DNA of 64,000 bases from Marsupella aquatica (taxonomy: Eukaryota > Plantae > Marchantiophyta): NCBI GenBank assembly GCA_973895155.1, contig OZ316892.1:7547251-7611250 (forward strand). Reading direction: 5' to 3'. Position numbers and translations under genes: made by a program. Shown in pieces: positions 24,860-36,583 of this stretch; position 1 is the first letter of the stretch, and the number at the start of each line of letters is the position of its first letter. The notes under the pieces were generated by a model, which worked only from the letters and a program-made list of their open reading frames with translations, did no database searches and was not told the origin of the DNA.

Positions 24860-26324
24860 CTAAAAATTGCTGTACCCTGCACCCTTTGAATTCCACAAAT
24901 GATCCACGAGGTCATTTCTTAACTTAAAATGTGTATCTTTGTCATGAATTTGCCTTGTGGCTTCCAAGAATTGTAGCCATGGTACCAAGCCTCTTCTGAG
25001 AGGTGGTGGACGAATGTTCAAATAGGGAGTGAAATTTTCATGCCTCTCATCCTCCAAAATCATATTGTGGAGGATCACACAAGCTATTAAAATGTATGTG
25101 AGGTTACTCACAAACCATGATCGTGCAGGCCTCTTGACAATTTTGAATCTGGCCTGTAGAACTCCAAATGCCCTCTCCACATCTTTCCTGGCCCCCTCTT
25201 GGCATTTTGCAAAATGTCTCAATTTTTCAGATTGTGGTGAATGTACAATAGAGATAAACATAGCCCACTCGGGATAGATTCCATCCACCAGCAAATAGGC
25301 CTGATTGTATTCTACTCCATTAACATGAAATGAGGTATTGGGAGACTCGTTTGCCAACCATTCATTGAGGAGAGGGGATCTGTCGAGCACATTGATGTCA
25401 TTGTTGCCTCCAGCAAGCCCAAAAAATGCATGCCAAATCCACAATTCCTGGTCCGCAATTGCTTCTAAAATGAGAGACTTGTCTTTATCCTTGTCCTGGT
25501 ATTGACCATGCCAAGCCACTGGACAATTTTTCCATTCCCAGTGCATACAGTCCAACGACCCGAACATCCCTGGAAATCCTCTATGTTGGTTGATGGCTAG
25601 ATTTCTACTCCAATCCTCCCCAGTTGGCTTTCGCAAATAGACAGGTTCATACAAATGTCTGATTGCTCTCACAAACTGATACAAAGACTCAAGGGCTGTA
25701 CTTTCTGCAATTCTACAATACTCGTCCATTGCATCAGCACCTATCCCATATGCCATCTGCCGTAGTGCAGCAGTAATTTTCTGATGAGGAGAGAGACCTG
25801 GCTGTCCTGTTGCATCAAACTTCTTGCAACAGGACATATCTTGCAACGGACATAACTTGCAAAGGACAAAACTTGCAACATTCGTTATGTCCTTATAAAG
25901 ACATAACTTGCAAAGGACATAACTTGCAAAGGACATAACTTGCAACATAACGAATATCTTGCTGTCCTGTTGCATCAAAATACTTATCATATGCACACAC
26001 TGCTGGGAGGATTTTTTGGAATAACCTAGAACTCATACAGTACCTCCTTCTGAATTTCAACTCGTCATATGTGGGATACTCAGCAAAGTAGTCGTTATAA
26101 AGATCTTCAGCACCTTTTTCTCTCCTCCTATCAAAATTTGCAGCTTTTCCTGGTCGGGACCCTCCATGCTTCCTCTTTCTTGAAGACGAAATGCTGCAGG
26201 ACAAAGGTCCACTGAAGAGAATCTGTTGCCAAAAGCTGTCTTCCTCGTCCCAAATTTCTTCCTCTTCCTCCATGAACTTTCGCAGATTATCTCTCCATGT
26301 CTCTTTGGTATCCATGGCGAACAG
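24860..26324 (-). pseudogene. Harbinger DDE transposase (Plant_tran type), frame broken by a ~160-bp repeat insertion
   Basis: GFPGMFGSLDCMHWEWKNCP, NNDINVLDRSP, YLLVDGIYP, RKDVERAFGVLQARF, ACVILHNM. The N-terminal part (LYNDYF..FRRRY) is in another frame. Confidence 0.9.
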
Positions 26325-26822
26325 TTGCGAGTGAAACGTGAATGCAATACACAATTGAAAGTTTTCGATTGCAAGCCTCACAAAATTTGCCAACAAAAGC
26401 TGAGTGTCGAGCGCAAAACTCTGTAAAAACGACATCAATGTTTTTGCTCTTTCGGCAGTTTCTCAAGTCCAACCATGGGTTCTTTAAATTAACACCTGGT
26501 TCGAACCCCCGGTTATAGAATGGAGGCGAAATTTTAGGGGTGTGGGTGGGGATGAGCAACGCGGGTCTCTGGCCCGTTTCCTTCAGACCTGAAAAAGGAA
26601 GAGGCAAAATTTGGCGATAGCCGCCAGAATGATAGTGCCTATAAGACCTGACTGAGGATCCCAAATGACTGACCAAACTTGCGAACCAAAGCAATAGATT
26701 TTCCTACAGTTGTGCCAACGGGAGACGAAACGTGAGATTCGGACTTCCCGTGGAGAGCACTGCTTAACGTGAGATTCGGACTTCTCGTGGAGAGAACTGC
26801 TTAGCAGATTCCCTGTTTCAAA

Positions 26823-27867
26823 ATGCCGTCGTGTCGATCTCGATGTCTTGGTTGCAGACAAGAATTTGACAATAAATCCTATACATATACATCAATTTGT
26901 CCTGAATGCGCAGCTACTCAAAGGATCGTGGCGATGGATGCTGAGATCAAGAAGTTACGGTCTGACCTCGGGATGGTAGAGTCGAAGGATGCTGAGATCA
27001 AGAACTTACTGTCTGACCTCGGGATGGTACAGTCGAGCCTACAGTCGAAGGATGCTGAGATCAAGAACTTACGGTCTGACCTCGGGATGGTACAGTCGAG
27101 CCTACAGTCGAGGCTACAATTTCTTAGCCCTCAGAAGATACTTGACAAAGAGTTGGTGCATGGAATTCTCAAGAGCGATGTGAGGATCATCGTCCAAGAC
27201 AAAAGAGATGAGTCTTTGGTCGCTCACAAGTTTGTTCTGGTGCGTGATCCTGGCGACCCATTGCTTTGCAAGTTTACGCATTAGTTTACTTGTATATTGT
27301 AGCAACCTTGGACATTAAACGTGTGGCTGCAGTACGTACCTAAAAGTTTGCATCTCTTTTTAAATAGCTTTTCACAGCTTAGCAAAAACTGGTATGGAGG
27401 ATCGATGCCAATCAAGGAAACTTGAGGACGCTGCATCCAACATGTGTTGTGTGTCGTGATTACTGTTTGCCGAAACGTGCATGCAGGCCAGTAGATCATC
27501 TGTCTTCTGTAAGATGTTCGACGCCAATATGCTGGAAGGGGACACAGGGACAGTTCTCATCAATGATGCCTCTCACGACGTTGTCAAATCAGTTATTAAA
27601 TTTTGCTATGATGCCGAAATTGACTTCATTTCAGACGGTATAAGTGCGGAAGAAGTAGTAGAAGTCGCTCACAAATACGACATTGGTCTCCTCCAAAAGA
27701 GATGTGAGCAGGAAATGAGTACAACAATAAGCTGCGAGAACCTGCCAAAGATGTTTAAGATCGCCAAGAAGTTTGGGTTGAGAGATCTCGAGCGGGCCGC
27801 ATCGCAGTTCTTGAAAGATCATTATGACACTGCTATTGCGAATGTTCTGACGGAAATACTTCCTTAG
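26823..27867 (+). CDS. BTB/POZ protein, At4g08455-like (copy A, intact, 265 aa, 2 exons)
   Basis: Exons 26823-27239 and 27487-27867. A GT-AG phase-0 intron joins AHKFVL|ASRSSVFCKMF. N-terminal CxxC...CxxC, coiled coil, BTB core and AHKYDIGLLQKRCE. TATA-like CCTATAAGA at ~26638. Confidence 0.9.
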
Positions 27868-29320
27868 CGCGAAAGTAGTCTTTCCTTACCAGGAATTCAG
27901 TTTTGCTCATTTGTAGTCATACCGGATAGAATATTTGTATCTCAGTTATCAATCTCCATCAAGCTCCTGTATGTCCGTGCTTTGGATTCCCCTAGGAGAA
28001 AGGAAGGGAAAGTCGGTGATTTTATCTGGATAGGTCGTAGGTATCCTCGTCCTGTATATCATCCCCTGGCTTGGTCCATACCTGTTTTGGAATCGAACAT
28101 GCTCCAACGTGACACGACTCGAGAGTTCACCTTTAGCGATGATACTTAGAGTAGCACACAGTCCCATTGAGAAAATGAAGGGCATGTACAAGCGCAGACA
28201 TCAGCCACCTTGGTTACATCCAACTTTGCGATGTGTCACTTAAGATATGTGGACGTTTTCCTACAATTCGTATTCCAGTGTTTATCCATGTATCTTGGGG
28301 ACGGCTATAATTGTATCTCACTGTCAGCGTCTCTAATTAAGTTAGCGGAATCGTTTCTGACGGAATGAATCAGTGGTTGTGACTTCTGAATTGAATGGTT
28401 CCTCGAATCACTTGGTCAATTTAAGTCGACTCTTCTTGCACAGTCCTGCGAGGAGTGCAGGAGAGAAGTGCTTGTGGACAAAATCTGTTGATAGTCACTT
28501 TGCTTCATGACTCATAGCAAAGTACCATGCGCTTCTAAGTGAGAAGTATGATTGTATCAGGCTGTTCTGCTGTGTCCACTCCCCCGGATATTACGGTTTG
28601 TTATCCGCTTGCTTGCATTGATGATTAGTAGGGACGTGCCCTGTACGTATCACATTTCACCGTAGATCTATGTTCTACCTCCTGATGGATTAAAATCCAT
28701 CTGTATCTCTGGCGTGTATTTATGTGGGGCCCCGCCTCCCCTTTCGGATTCATGGCAGGAGATCAATAAACTTGTTCTCCCCAAAATCAGTGAGTTTTGA
28801 TTTTCTTAGAGCCTTTTTTTCCCCGTACTGAATGAAATCATCTTTCCTTTTCCATGAGCAACTTTACTCGGGTTTATCTGCGCATTGTCACAATAGTGCC
28901 ACGCACATTTTCGACATAATTCTTGACAATTTAGGTTGAAGAGATCTCTTTTCGCTATTGTTTCTCTCGTGCCAAAAATTCAATAATCCCGCCGCCAGTT
29001 ACAGTTCGTTGGTCACCCGGTCTTCTAAATTTCGACTTGATTCGTCTTGGGAATTGGTTGTTCATGATGCGGAGCATTATCTTCGATTTGTCAGTAAGAT
29101 ATGCATTCGAAACAGAAAAAAAAGTTCGTCTTGAGGGCAAGGGGAATTTGTATAAGACCTGAACGGGGATCCAGAGTTGCGTCATTGACAACCTTCGAGC
29201 AAAGCATTCGCACCGAAGAGTTCATGGTATTCGCTCCTTACAAGAAACGCGAAATTAATTCTGACGTTCCTTGGAGGACGCTAACGAATCACCTGCTTCA
29301 AAGTGCCGCTGGCGAGTCGT

Positions 29321-30145
29321 ATGTGTACTACACGTAATTGTGGGAACTCCGCTACAAAGATATGGCCCGGTATGCCTGGATCACTTTGTGAACGATGCTA
29401 TATGTATCAGAGTTTAAGCCTCAAGGATTTACAGTGTGAGCTCGAGATGGTTCAGTCGAGGCTACAGTTTCTTCGGCCCCAGAAACAACTAGATAACGAG
29501 CCGGTAGATGGAATTCTCAAAGGCGACGGGAGGATAGTAGTACAAGGCAGAAGCCGTGAGCCTTTGTTCGCTCACAAGTTTGTTCTGGTGCGTGGTCGAT
29601 CCTGGCGCTCCATTTCTTTGCAAGTTTGTGCACCGGCTTGGTTATTGTGTTTGTAGTAGTATGTTTGAAACCGCGTGGCTAGGTGGTGTTTCCATTTATT
29701 AAGAATAGCTCTGCACAGTACACTGCAAGCCCACACAGTGGAGTATTCCTATCAATGTGAGTTGAGTAAGTAGTACCAGGCCTCAACTGACTCGTTTGGT
29801 TGTGAGTCTTGACTTGTGTTTGCGAAATATATGCAGTCCAGAAGATCATCTGTCTTCTGTAAGATGTTCAGCACATCTTTGTGCGAACTGAATCAGGAGG
29901 AGCTGGGGACAGTTTGCATCTACGATGCCTCTCTGGAGGCCATGAAAGCAGTGATTAAATTTTGCTAGGATGCCGAAGTGAACTTCACCGACGAAGTTAC
30001 TGCTGAAAAGATAGTGGATGTGGCGCGAAAATATGATGTTGCTCTCCTCCAAAAAATATGTGAAGAGAACATGATTGCATCAATAAGTTGCAAGAACCTG
30101 CCAAAGAGGTTGATGGTCGCTACGAAGTTTCAGTTGTATAAAGCA
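29321..30145 (+). pseudogene. BTB/POZ paralog (copy B) with a premature stop
   Basis: Exon 1 ends at 29587 (AHKFVL|GT) and exon 2 starts at 29837. In-frame TAG at 29966-29968 where paralogs have Tyr. The 3' end loses homology after ~30140. Confidence 0.85.
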
Positions 30146-31319
30146 TTCCTGCGAAGTCTTGTGGCGATCCTGAATAGTTACAGCATTAGCCAAAACTCCA
30201 AGAAGAGCTTTCCACAATTTATGGCAGGTGGCTCCTTTGCAGACCCCAGCGGATGAATGTCACCTAGTCCAGTTTGACCATGCCGGGGATGTAACCTGGG
30301 GGCAATTTCTCCGCAAACAGTGAGAAGCCTTGTCCATTGTTTGGATTGGTAGTCCATTCCTGGATTTGAGTGGACAAGAAATGGCGTCTTCTTACCAAAT
30401 TGATACTTGTAGCTTGGATTCTGCCACACACTGCAGACAAAGAAGTTATTGCAAAAGAATTTTGTAATTGGTGCTCCATATGTTGCAAATACATTCTAGT
30501 ACTTAGCAAAGCGGTGTCATGTCGGGACTGTCTATCATAGTCGCATCATGTCATTTGGACCACGAACAGCTAAGGGATGTGTCACAGAAAAATGTGAGAA
30601 AAATGTGTGACTGCCATGTTGAACCACCTATATGTAAGGAAGTTACAGATGTGTCACAGAAAAAAGGTTTCACGGACGTGACATGTGACAGTTGATGAAT
30701 TAGACATAGTATATCGTGACTGTTTGAAACTGAGTTGGTCTCAATTCTTAGACCAAATCACTGTTTTGTTGGTCTTACAACTTCACATGGCCTTGTTGGA
30801 TGTCCTAACAAGGACCGATAGAATATTTAAGGGAGATTAGTTGCGTCAGGGTGAGATAGAATTGATTCAACAAATACCGACAGAAATGCTAACGGAGCAA
30901 GATGATGCAGTCCATGCTCGTCACCAAGGCCCTGAAGAGTTTCAACATCCCCTGTCAGTACAGAATGCTTCTCAAAGAGACCACACTTCCGATGAAAGTG
31001 CTGAGAGATGATAACCAGCAGCCACTGAACTCGGATTCATGAAGTCAAAGGGAATCGAGGGAGAATAAACAAGGCTACGAAAGCTGACAAAGAAAAGCTC
31101 GAGCTCACTCCCTCCAAATTCATCTAAAAATGAACCTCGAAGCACGATGCGTCGGGCAGCTCCCCAGTGTGTCCACTACCTTCATGCCAATGACCTTAAG
31201 ATCAAAGAAATTGTCATGTCATGTTGCTCTCCGACGCTCTCCTTGGGTGCCAGCAGCCATGTCCCATCCCAACTGATGAACCAGGGAGCCAGCGACTATT
31301 GACATCTCGAGTGATGAGC

Positions 31320-32804
31320 TCATAAGCCAAGCATTGCCTTCAATGCAGCCTGCGCTCCGTCTCCCTTCAGCATTGCAAGCGTTTCGCAATACGATTTCAC
31401 AAATTCCGGGTGTTTGGCAAGGTCTCCGAAGAGCTCCTTGTTCTCAATGAAGGCCAACGGGTGCTCACCCTGCATTTTTGCACGAGCCGTCAATACCTCC
31501 GACAGCCGGTCGACCACCTCAATGGGCTGACCCTCTTCGTCTACTCCTTCAGCATACCTTGCCCAGCTTGCCACAATGCCCGCCGAGATTGCAACTTTCC
31601 CTCCATTTGCTAGATTTCTACGCACAACAGGAAACAACCAAGCGGACTGTCGATCAGAAGCATCGACGGCCAGTCTTGCCAGGGTGTCCCGAATCTCCGG
31701 ATTGGCAAAGCGTTTGAGCAGCGTCTTCTTGTAGTCATCAAGGTCGATGCCCGGAACCGGGAGAAGAGTTGGAGTTGCCTCGTCGTCCATGTAGCGTCGC
31801 AGAAGCTCGACTATCAGCGGGTCGCCCATAGCTTCGTGCACAAATCTGTGCCCACTGAGATAGCCAAAGTAAGTCATCGCCTGATGAGAAACATTAAGGA
31901 GTCTCAGTTTCATTATCTCGTATGGTTCAACGTTGTCAACTAGTTGGACTCCGACAACCTCCCAGGGCGGCCGGCCGTTGCTGAAATGGTCTTCCAAGAC
32001 CCATTGCGTGAATGGTTCACAAACCACGGGCCAGGCATCCATGATGCCAAACTTCTTGGTGACCAGCTTCCGGTCATGATCGGTTGTCACGGGTGTAATG
32101 CGATCGACCATGGAATTGGGAAACCGCACCTCGTCTGAGATCCACTGCGCCAGTGCAGGATCTTTGGCCCCAGCGAAGGCTAGAAAGCTCCGGCGAGCGA
32201 CGTCTCCGTTGGTCTGGACGTTGTCGCACGACATGACGGTGAATGGAGCTAAGCCGGATTCCCGACGCCGACGCAGGGCTTCCGTGATCAGACCAAAAAT
32301 CGTCACGGGCCCCTCACTGCTCACACTGAGGTCGTGAACTACTCCGGGGTTCGAGAAGTTGAATTCACGCGTAACGTAATCACAGTTATAGCCACCCTCC
32401 GTGACGGTCAGTGACACAATTCGAACATCGGGTGATGCCAGCTTTGCAACAACGGCTTCTGGATCATCCGGAGCATATAGGTAATCATGAATCGATCCGA
32501 TCACATGCGGCGCAAGTGTATTGTTGGAATGCTTCAAGATGAGAGTGTAGAGACCAGACTGCGCCGACTTCATGAAGTCACGCACCTTAATGTCGTAAGG
32601 CATGACGCCAACTCCACAAATGCCCCAATCGAGTGCAAGCCCCTGATTCATCAGCGTGTCAACGTACATGGCCTGGTGAGCCCGATGAAAATTGCCGAGT
32701 CCGAAATGCACAATTCCTGTTCTAACTTCTCCCCTATCGTACTGCGGAACCGTGACACCAGTTACAATGTCGCCTAGAATCGAGGGAGTCAACTGCTTTG
32801 CCAT
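31320..32804 (-). CDS. Long-chain mannitol 2-dehydrogenase family protein (MtlK/UxuB/PSLDR type), intronless, bacterial-like
   Basis: 494-aa uninterrupted ORF with GIVHFGLGNFHRAHQA (Rossmann fold), VSLTVTEGGY, MSCDN, FPNSMVDRITP, CEPFTQWVLED and KLRLLNVSH (catalytic Lys/Asn/His). Confidence 0.95.
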   Translation of the reverse strand: MAKQLTPSILGDIVTGVTVPQYDRGEVRTGIVHFGLGNFHRAHQAMYVDTLMNQGLALDWGICGVGVMPYDIKVRDFMKSAQSGLYTLILKHSNNTLAPHVIGSIHDYLYAPDDPEAVVAKLASPDVRIVSLTVTEGGYNCDYVTREFNFSNPGVVHDLSVSSEGPVTIFGLITEALRRRRESGLAPFTVMSCDNVQTNGDVARRSFLAFAGAKDPALAQWISDEVRFPNSMVDRITPVTTDHDRKLVTKKFGIMDAWPVVCEPFTQWVLEDHFSNGRPPWEVVGVQLVDNVEPYEIMKLRLLNVSHQAMTYFGYLSGHRFVHEAMGDPLIVELLRRYMDDEATPTLLPVPGIDLDDYKKTLLKRFANPEIRDTLARLAVDASDRQSAWLFPVVRRNLANGGKVAISAGIVASWARYAEGVDEEGQPIEVVDRLSEVLTARAKMQGEHPLAFIENKELFGDLAKHPEFVKSYCETLAMLKGDGAQAALKAMLGL

Positions 32805-32824
32805 GATTTACAACACAATCCGCG

Positions 32825-33300
32825 TCAATTTCCCCCCTGTCTATGAAGGACCGTTGCAAAACTGACAATCGTAGTGCAATCAAGCAAGCCTCGCTCCACA
32901 AACCTTCCAGGTTTTAATGTCTTTCTTTTCCGGTTTACTCCTCTTTCCTCAGCTTCACTCCGGCTGTCTTTTCACATCGTTTGATTGTGGATACTGCACA
33001 CACACACACACAAGGTATGAAACAAACCGTTCAAGATGATTATGATATCCGCACCAACTCAATCGGCGTAAACTTTTCCCGTGTCTGTGAAGCACTGTTG
33101 CAAAATTGACTCTCGTGGGGCAATCCTGCAAGCCTCACTCCAAAATCCTTAAAGCTTAGAATTTATTCTTTTCCAGTTTCCTCGTCCTCTCCTTTCCTCA
33201 GCTCTACTCCAGCTCTCTGTTCACAATGTTTGATCGTTGATACAGCACACACACGCAAGGTATGAAACCAACCGTCCGAAGATGATTGTGATATCCGCAG
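32825..33300. repeat. ~240-bp diverged tandem duplication directly upstream of the dehydrogenase ATG
   Basis: TGTCT(A/G)TGAAG..GTTGCAAAA.TGAC...GCAAGCCTC.CTCCA...(CA)n CAAGGTATGAAAC...GATATCCGCA at ~32838-33052 and ~33082-33299. Confidence 0.8.
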
Positions 33301-34772
33301 CAAATGTTGAGTTGATCACTAGACCCTGTATCCTCTTCCTTCCTCGATCTTTGAAAGGAAAAAAGGATGGATGAGTTACAGGATGAAGGAGTAAGTCTGA
33401 TGGAAGCCGTGCATGGCTCCAGGAGCTTGCATCGCTAGGTCGCGCGGAGAAGAAGGTGAAGAAGGATCACCATCCTCAGAAACGAGGGTGATGGAGATAT
33501 CGTGCTGTAACTCCAGTAGGAACCATGCTGTGTCTTTCCTCCTGCTGCATGAGGTTACCTCGTGCAGCATCCACACAGCGACCTAGAAGTGTCAGTAGCT
33601 GCGACCCATCCTCGTTCATAGTCAGGCAGGGCAAAGCCGAGCAATTGAGGTGCTCAAATGTGACATTTGTGCGACATTGTCATCGCAGATGGAAGCTGGA
33701 CGGGTCCAGAGGTTTGGATTCCAATTTTAGAAATGCTTATAATCTCAGAAAGTGTTCTGGCCCCTTTGCTGGTAGAAGAGGGATAAACTGTTGTAATGGG
33801 CAGAACAGTTTGAGTGGTGGCGTTGAAGAGCCCATTGGGGATGCTGTATCTCAGGTTCGTTGTAACTCATCTCTAACGCCTGAGTGCTCATGTTTGTACA
33901 AGTAGCTGATCGCAATCCACTCGCAGAAGAAGGCCGAATCGAAGAACCTAAACAACCAGCCGCTGTCTCCAGTTCCCGAAGTGTTTGAAACCTTATCAAT
34001 CTCTCGAGGACCACCTATACCTACCATCCACTGAAAAACAAAACATCCACAGGGGAAACAGTCGCCATCCGTCAGCCTGCGTATCTCGAACCACGATCCA
34101 TGACCATACATCAAGATACCAGCACAGGAGACGAGTGGACGATCAGACTGAAAGTAGACACCTTGCCTCAAAAGATGCGATGCCCGATCCGAAGAGCTCC
34201 CACGGAAGATGAAGGCACAAAATTTGTCTTCAGAAGGGAGAGTGAGGGAAGAAAGAGAAAACAGATGAGAGAGATGAGCTTAACCCTTTATTTTTGAAAA
34301 ATCAGTAGCACCGATAGGCCAGTGGAAAACCTAGACTACAGCTGATACTGACCCTTCCTGTCCAAAATTCGATCCCTGGATCAGACAGACAAGGAACGAA
34401 CTGGTGCTCGCCTACTCGCCGGAAAGCCAAGGCGGGTGAAGAATTGGCTAATGACTGCACAACGAGGAACTCGGGACGGCAGTAACTCTTCAGTGAACTT
34501 CAGTGAGAAGCAAAACAAACCTGCAGAGCACCGATGCCGCCAACTCAGACGAGACGAAGCACCTCGGATCGCATCGCGCATCATGCTTCGGCGCCAGGTG
34601 CTGGTGCTGGTCGAAGCTTGGTCACATGTCACACAAGAGAAGCTGGCAGGATGGCAAGGGTTTAGGGTTATGAGGTAATTGAACCTTACACTAGGGGCAG
34701 AGTTGCATTCAAATACTAGAAATCTCAAATTAGAGTTGTGACAAGATTAGGGTTTAGGGTTTAGGGTCATAC

Positions 34773-34921
34773 ATTATCACTTTAATGTATGACAAATCTT
34801 AGACAAGGAGGGCCCAATGACAAACTATTATCACTTTAATGTATGACAAATCTCAGACAAGGAGGGCCCAATGACAAACTATTATCACTTTAATGTATGA
34901 CAAATCTCAGACAAGGAGGGC
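34773..34921. repeat. 54-bp tandem repeat (~2.8 copies) next to a short TTTAGGG run
   Basis: ATTATCACTTTAATGTATGACAAATCT(C/T)AGACAAGGAGGGCCCAATGACAAACT repeated. TTAGGGTTTAGGGTTTAGGG at ~34747-34766. Confidence 0.9.
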
Positions 34922-35863
34922 TCCCTGTAGCCAGATTCCCATGCCTGTCCCTATCACAAGCATAGTCTAAAAAGACAAAAGAGAAATTACAGCCTGTGGT
35001 TTCTCGTTACCAAGTAAGTCATAAAACGTAAGCTTTGATTGACTTACAGTATAGATATAGATAGATGGGTACCAACAGAGTAGTCCAATGTTTAGGGAGG
35101 AAGTTGGAGCTTGGATGTAGTGAGGCCCGTAACTGTTTGACCACATGGACCATGACACCCTTTACATCTTCACTCATTGACACCTCTTATTCTTTGTAAC
35201 AAGTTTAGAGAGCAAAATTTGACCTTCACTATCTATCTTGCTACCAAACTAAATTGCCTATGAATTTTGAAATATTACTTGATCACTCATTGTCCACACC
35301 TTACACTTTGAAGTCTTTTGAGCAGCTAAGTTTGAATAGGATAATATCCTGGTTAGAAGGCATTGTGGGATATAATGCCCTGAAAAATGAGGGCAGTAGT
35401 CCTAGTTTTGAGGGCATTATTTTCATAATGCCCATAACTAGTACATTAATGTACGTCAAAACTTGAGTGATTTTTAGGTAACAAACAATAAAAAATGAAT
35501 CTTTGAAATAAATTTTTTTAATTAAAAGGTCATTCAAAAAGTGGTTGCTATGAAATTGGCCAAAAATATATGCTCTTTAATTATATTATATTCTATTCAT
35601 AAATATTTTGTTACTATCACCATATATCTGGTTACATTTTAGGATATGTACTAAATTTTATTTATTTTATTTTACGGAAAAAAAATATTTTTAATTTCTA
35701 CTTTTAATATATTTATGGTGTTTTGTATAATGCACTCCAAAAAAAAGGGTGTATTATGGAGAATTAATACACTCAAATATACAAAGATAAAAGTCACGAA
35801 AGTATTTAAGACACTCATATCCCCCTCTAGTTAGAAGATTCTTTCCAATCTGCCTAACTTCCT

Positions 35864-36583
35864 CAGCTTTCTTAGCTCGATAATGAGCTAGTGGATGGAA
35901 TTGTCAAAGGCGACGTGAGGATCATTGTCCAAGACGAGGACGAGGATTTATTCCAACACAAGTTTGTGTGAACCTGGCGACCCATTTCTTCGCAAGTTTA
36001 CGCATGAGTTTGCTTATGGTGAAATACTTTGAAATTAAGCGTGTGGCTACGGTAGCAAAGAGTTTCCATCTATTGATAATTGCTCTTCACAGCTTACCGA
36101 AAACTCACATAGTTGAGGAGGATTCCAATCAAGGAGAGTGCGTTGAAGACGCCGCATCTAATTTGTATGGTGAGTCTTGACTTCTGTTTGCCGAAAATGT
36201 GCATGCAGTCCAGCAGATCATCTGTTTTCTGTAAGATATTCGACGCCGAGATGCTGGAAGAGGAGACCGGGACGGTTTTTATCGATGATGCCTCTCACAA
36301 AGCTGTCAAAGCGGTGATTAAATTTTGCTACGATGCCAAAATTGTCTTCACCGACGATGTTACTGCGGAAGAAATACTGGAAGTCGCTCACAAACATGAC
36401 ATTGGTCTCCTCCAAAAAATGTGTGAGCAGCAGATGATTACAACACTTAGCTGCGAGAACCTGCCAAAGATGTTGAAGACTGCCAGGCAGTTTATGTTGA
36501 CAGATCTCGAACGGGCGGCATCGCAGTTCTTCAAAGGCCACTTTGACAATGTTATTGCGGATGTTCTAGCGGAAATATTTTAG
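35864..36583 (+). pseudogene. BTB/POZ paralog (copy C): 5' end lost, donor region damaged, exon 2 open
   Basis: LDNELVDGIVKGDVRIIVQDED..QHKFV, with the CTG|GT donor region deleted. Exon 2 (36209-36583) SSRSSVFCKIF...VLAEIF* is intact. Confidence 0.85.

Larger units (their letters stand above)
22583..26557. mobile_element. PIF/Harbinger element with convergent Myb-like and transposase genes
   Basis: TTA|GAGCATCTCCACC left TIR at 22583. Degenerate right TIR GGTGGGGATGAGC at ~26545-26557 (approximate). Carries both characteristic ORFs. Confidence 0.85.

Noticed and set aside
31320-32804. Bacterial contamination as the explanation for the dehydrogenase
   Set aside because: No operon neighbours, and the flanks are plant BTB paralogs and a microsatellite-bearing duplication. 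Not favoured, though read-level confirmation is still needed.
33376-34300. Several short overlapping ORFs upstream of the dehydrogenase, possibly a LINE ORF1 relic
   Set aside because: No motif I could recognise with confidence.
34747-34766. Telomere-type TTTAGGG run (also CCCTAAA at ~1878-1896)
   Set aside because: Only about three units, which is common in plant TEs and promoters. Not evidence of a chromosome end or fusion.
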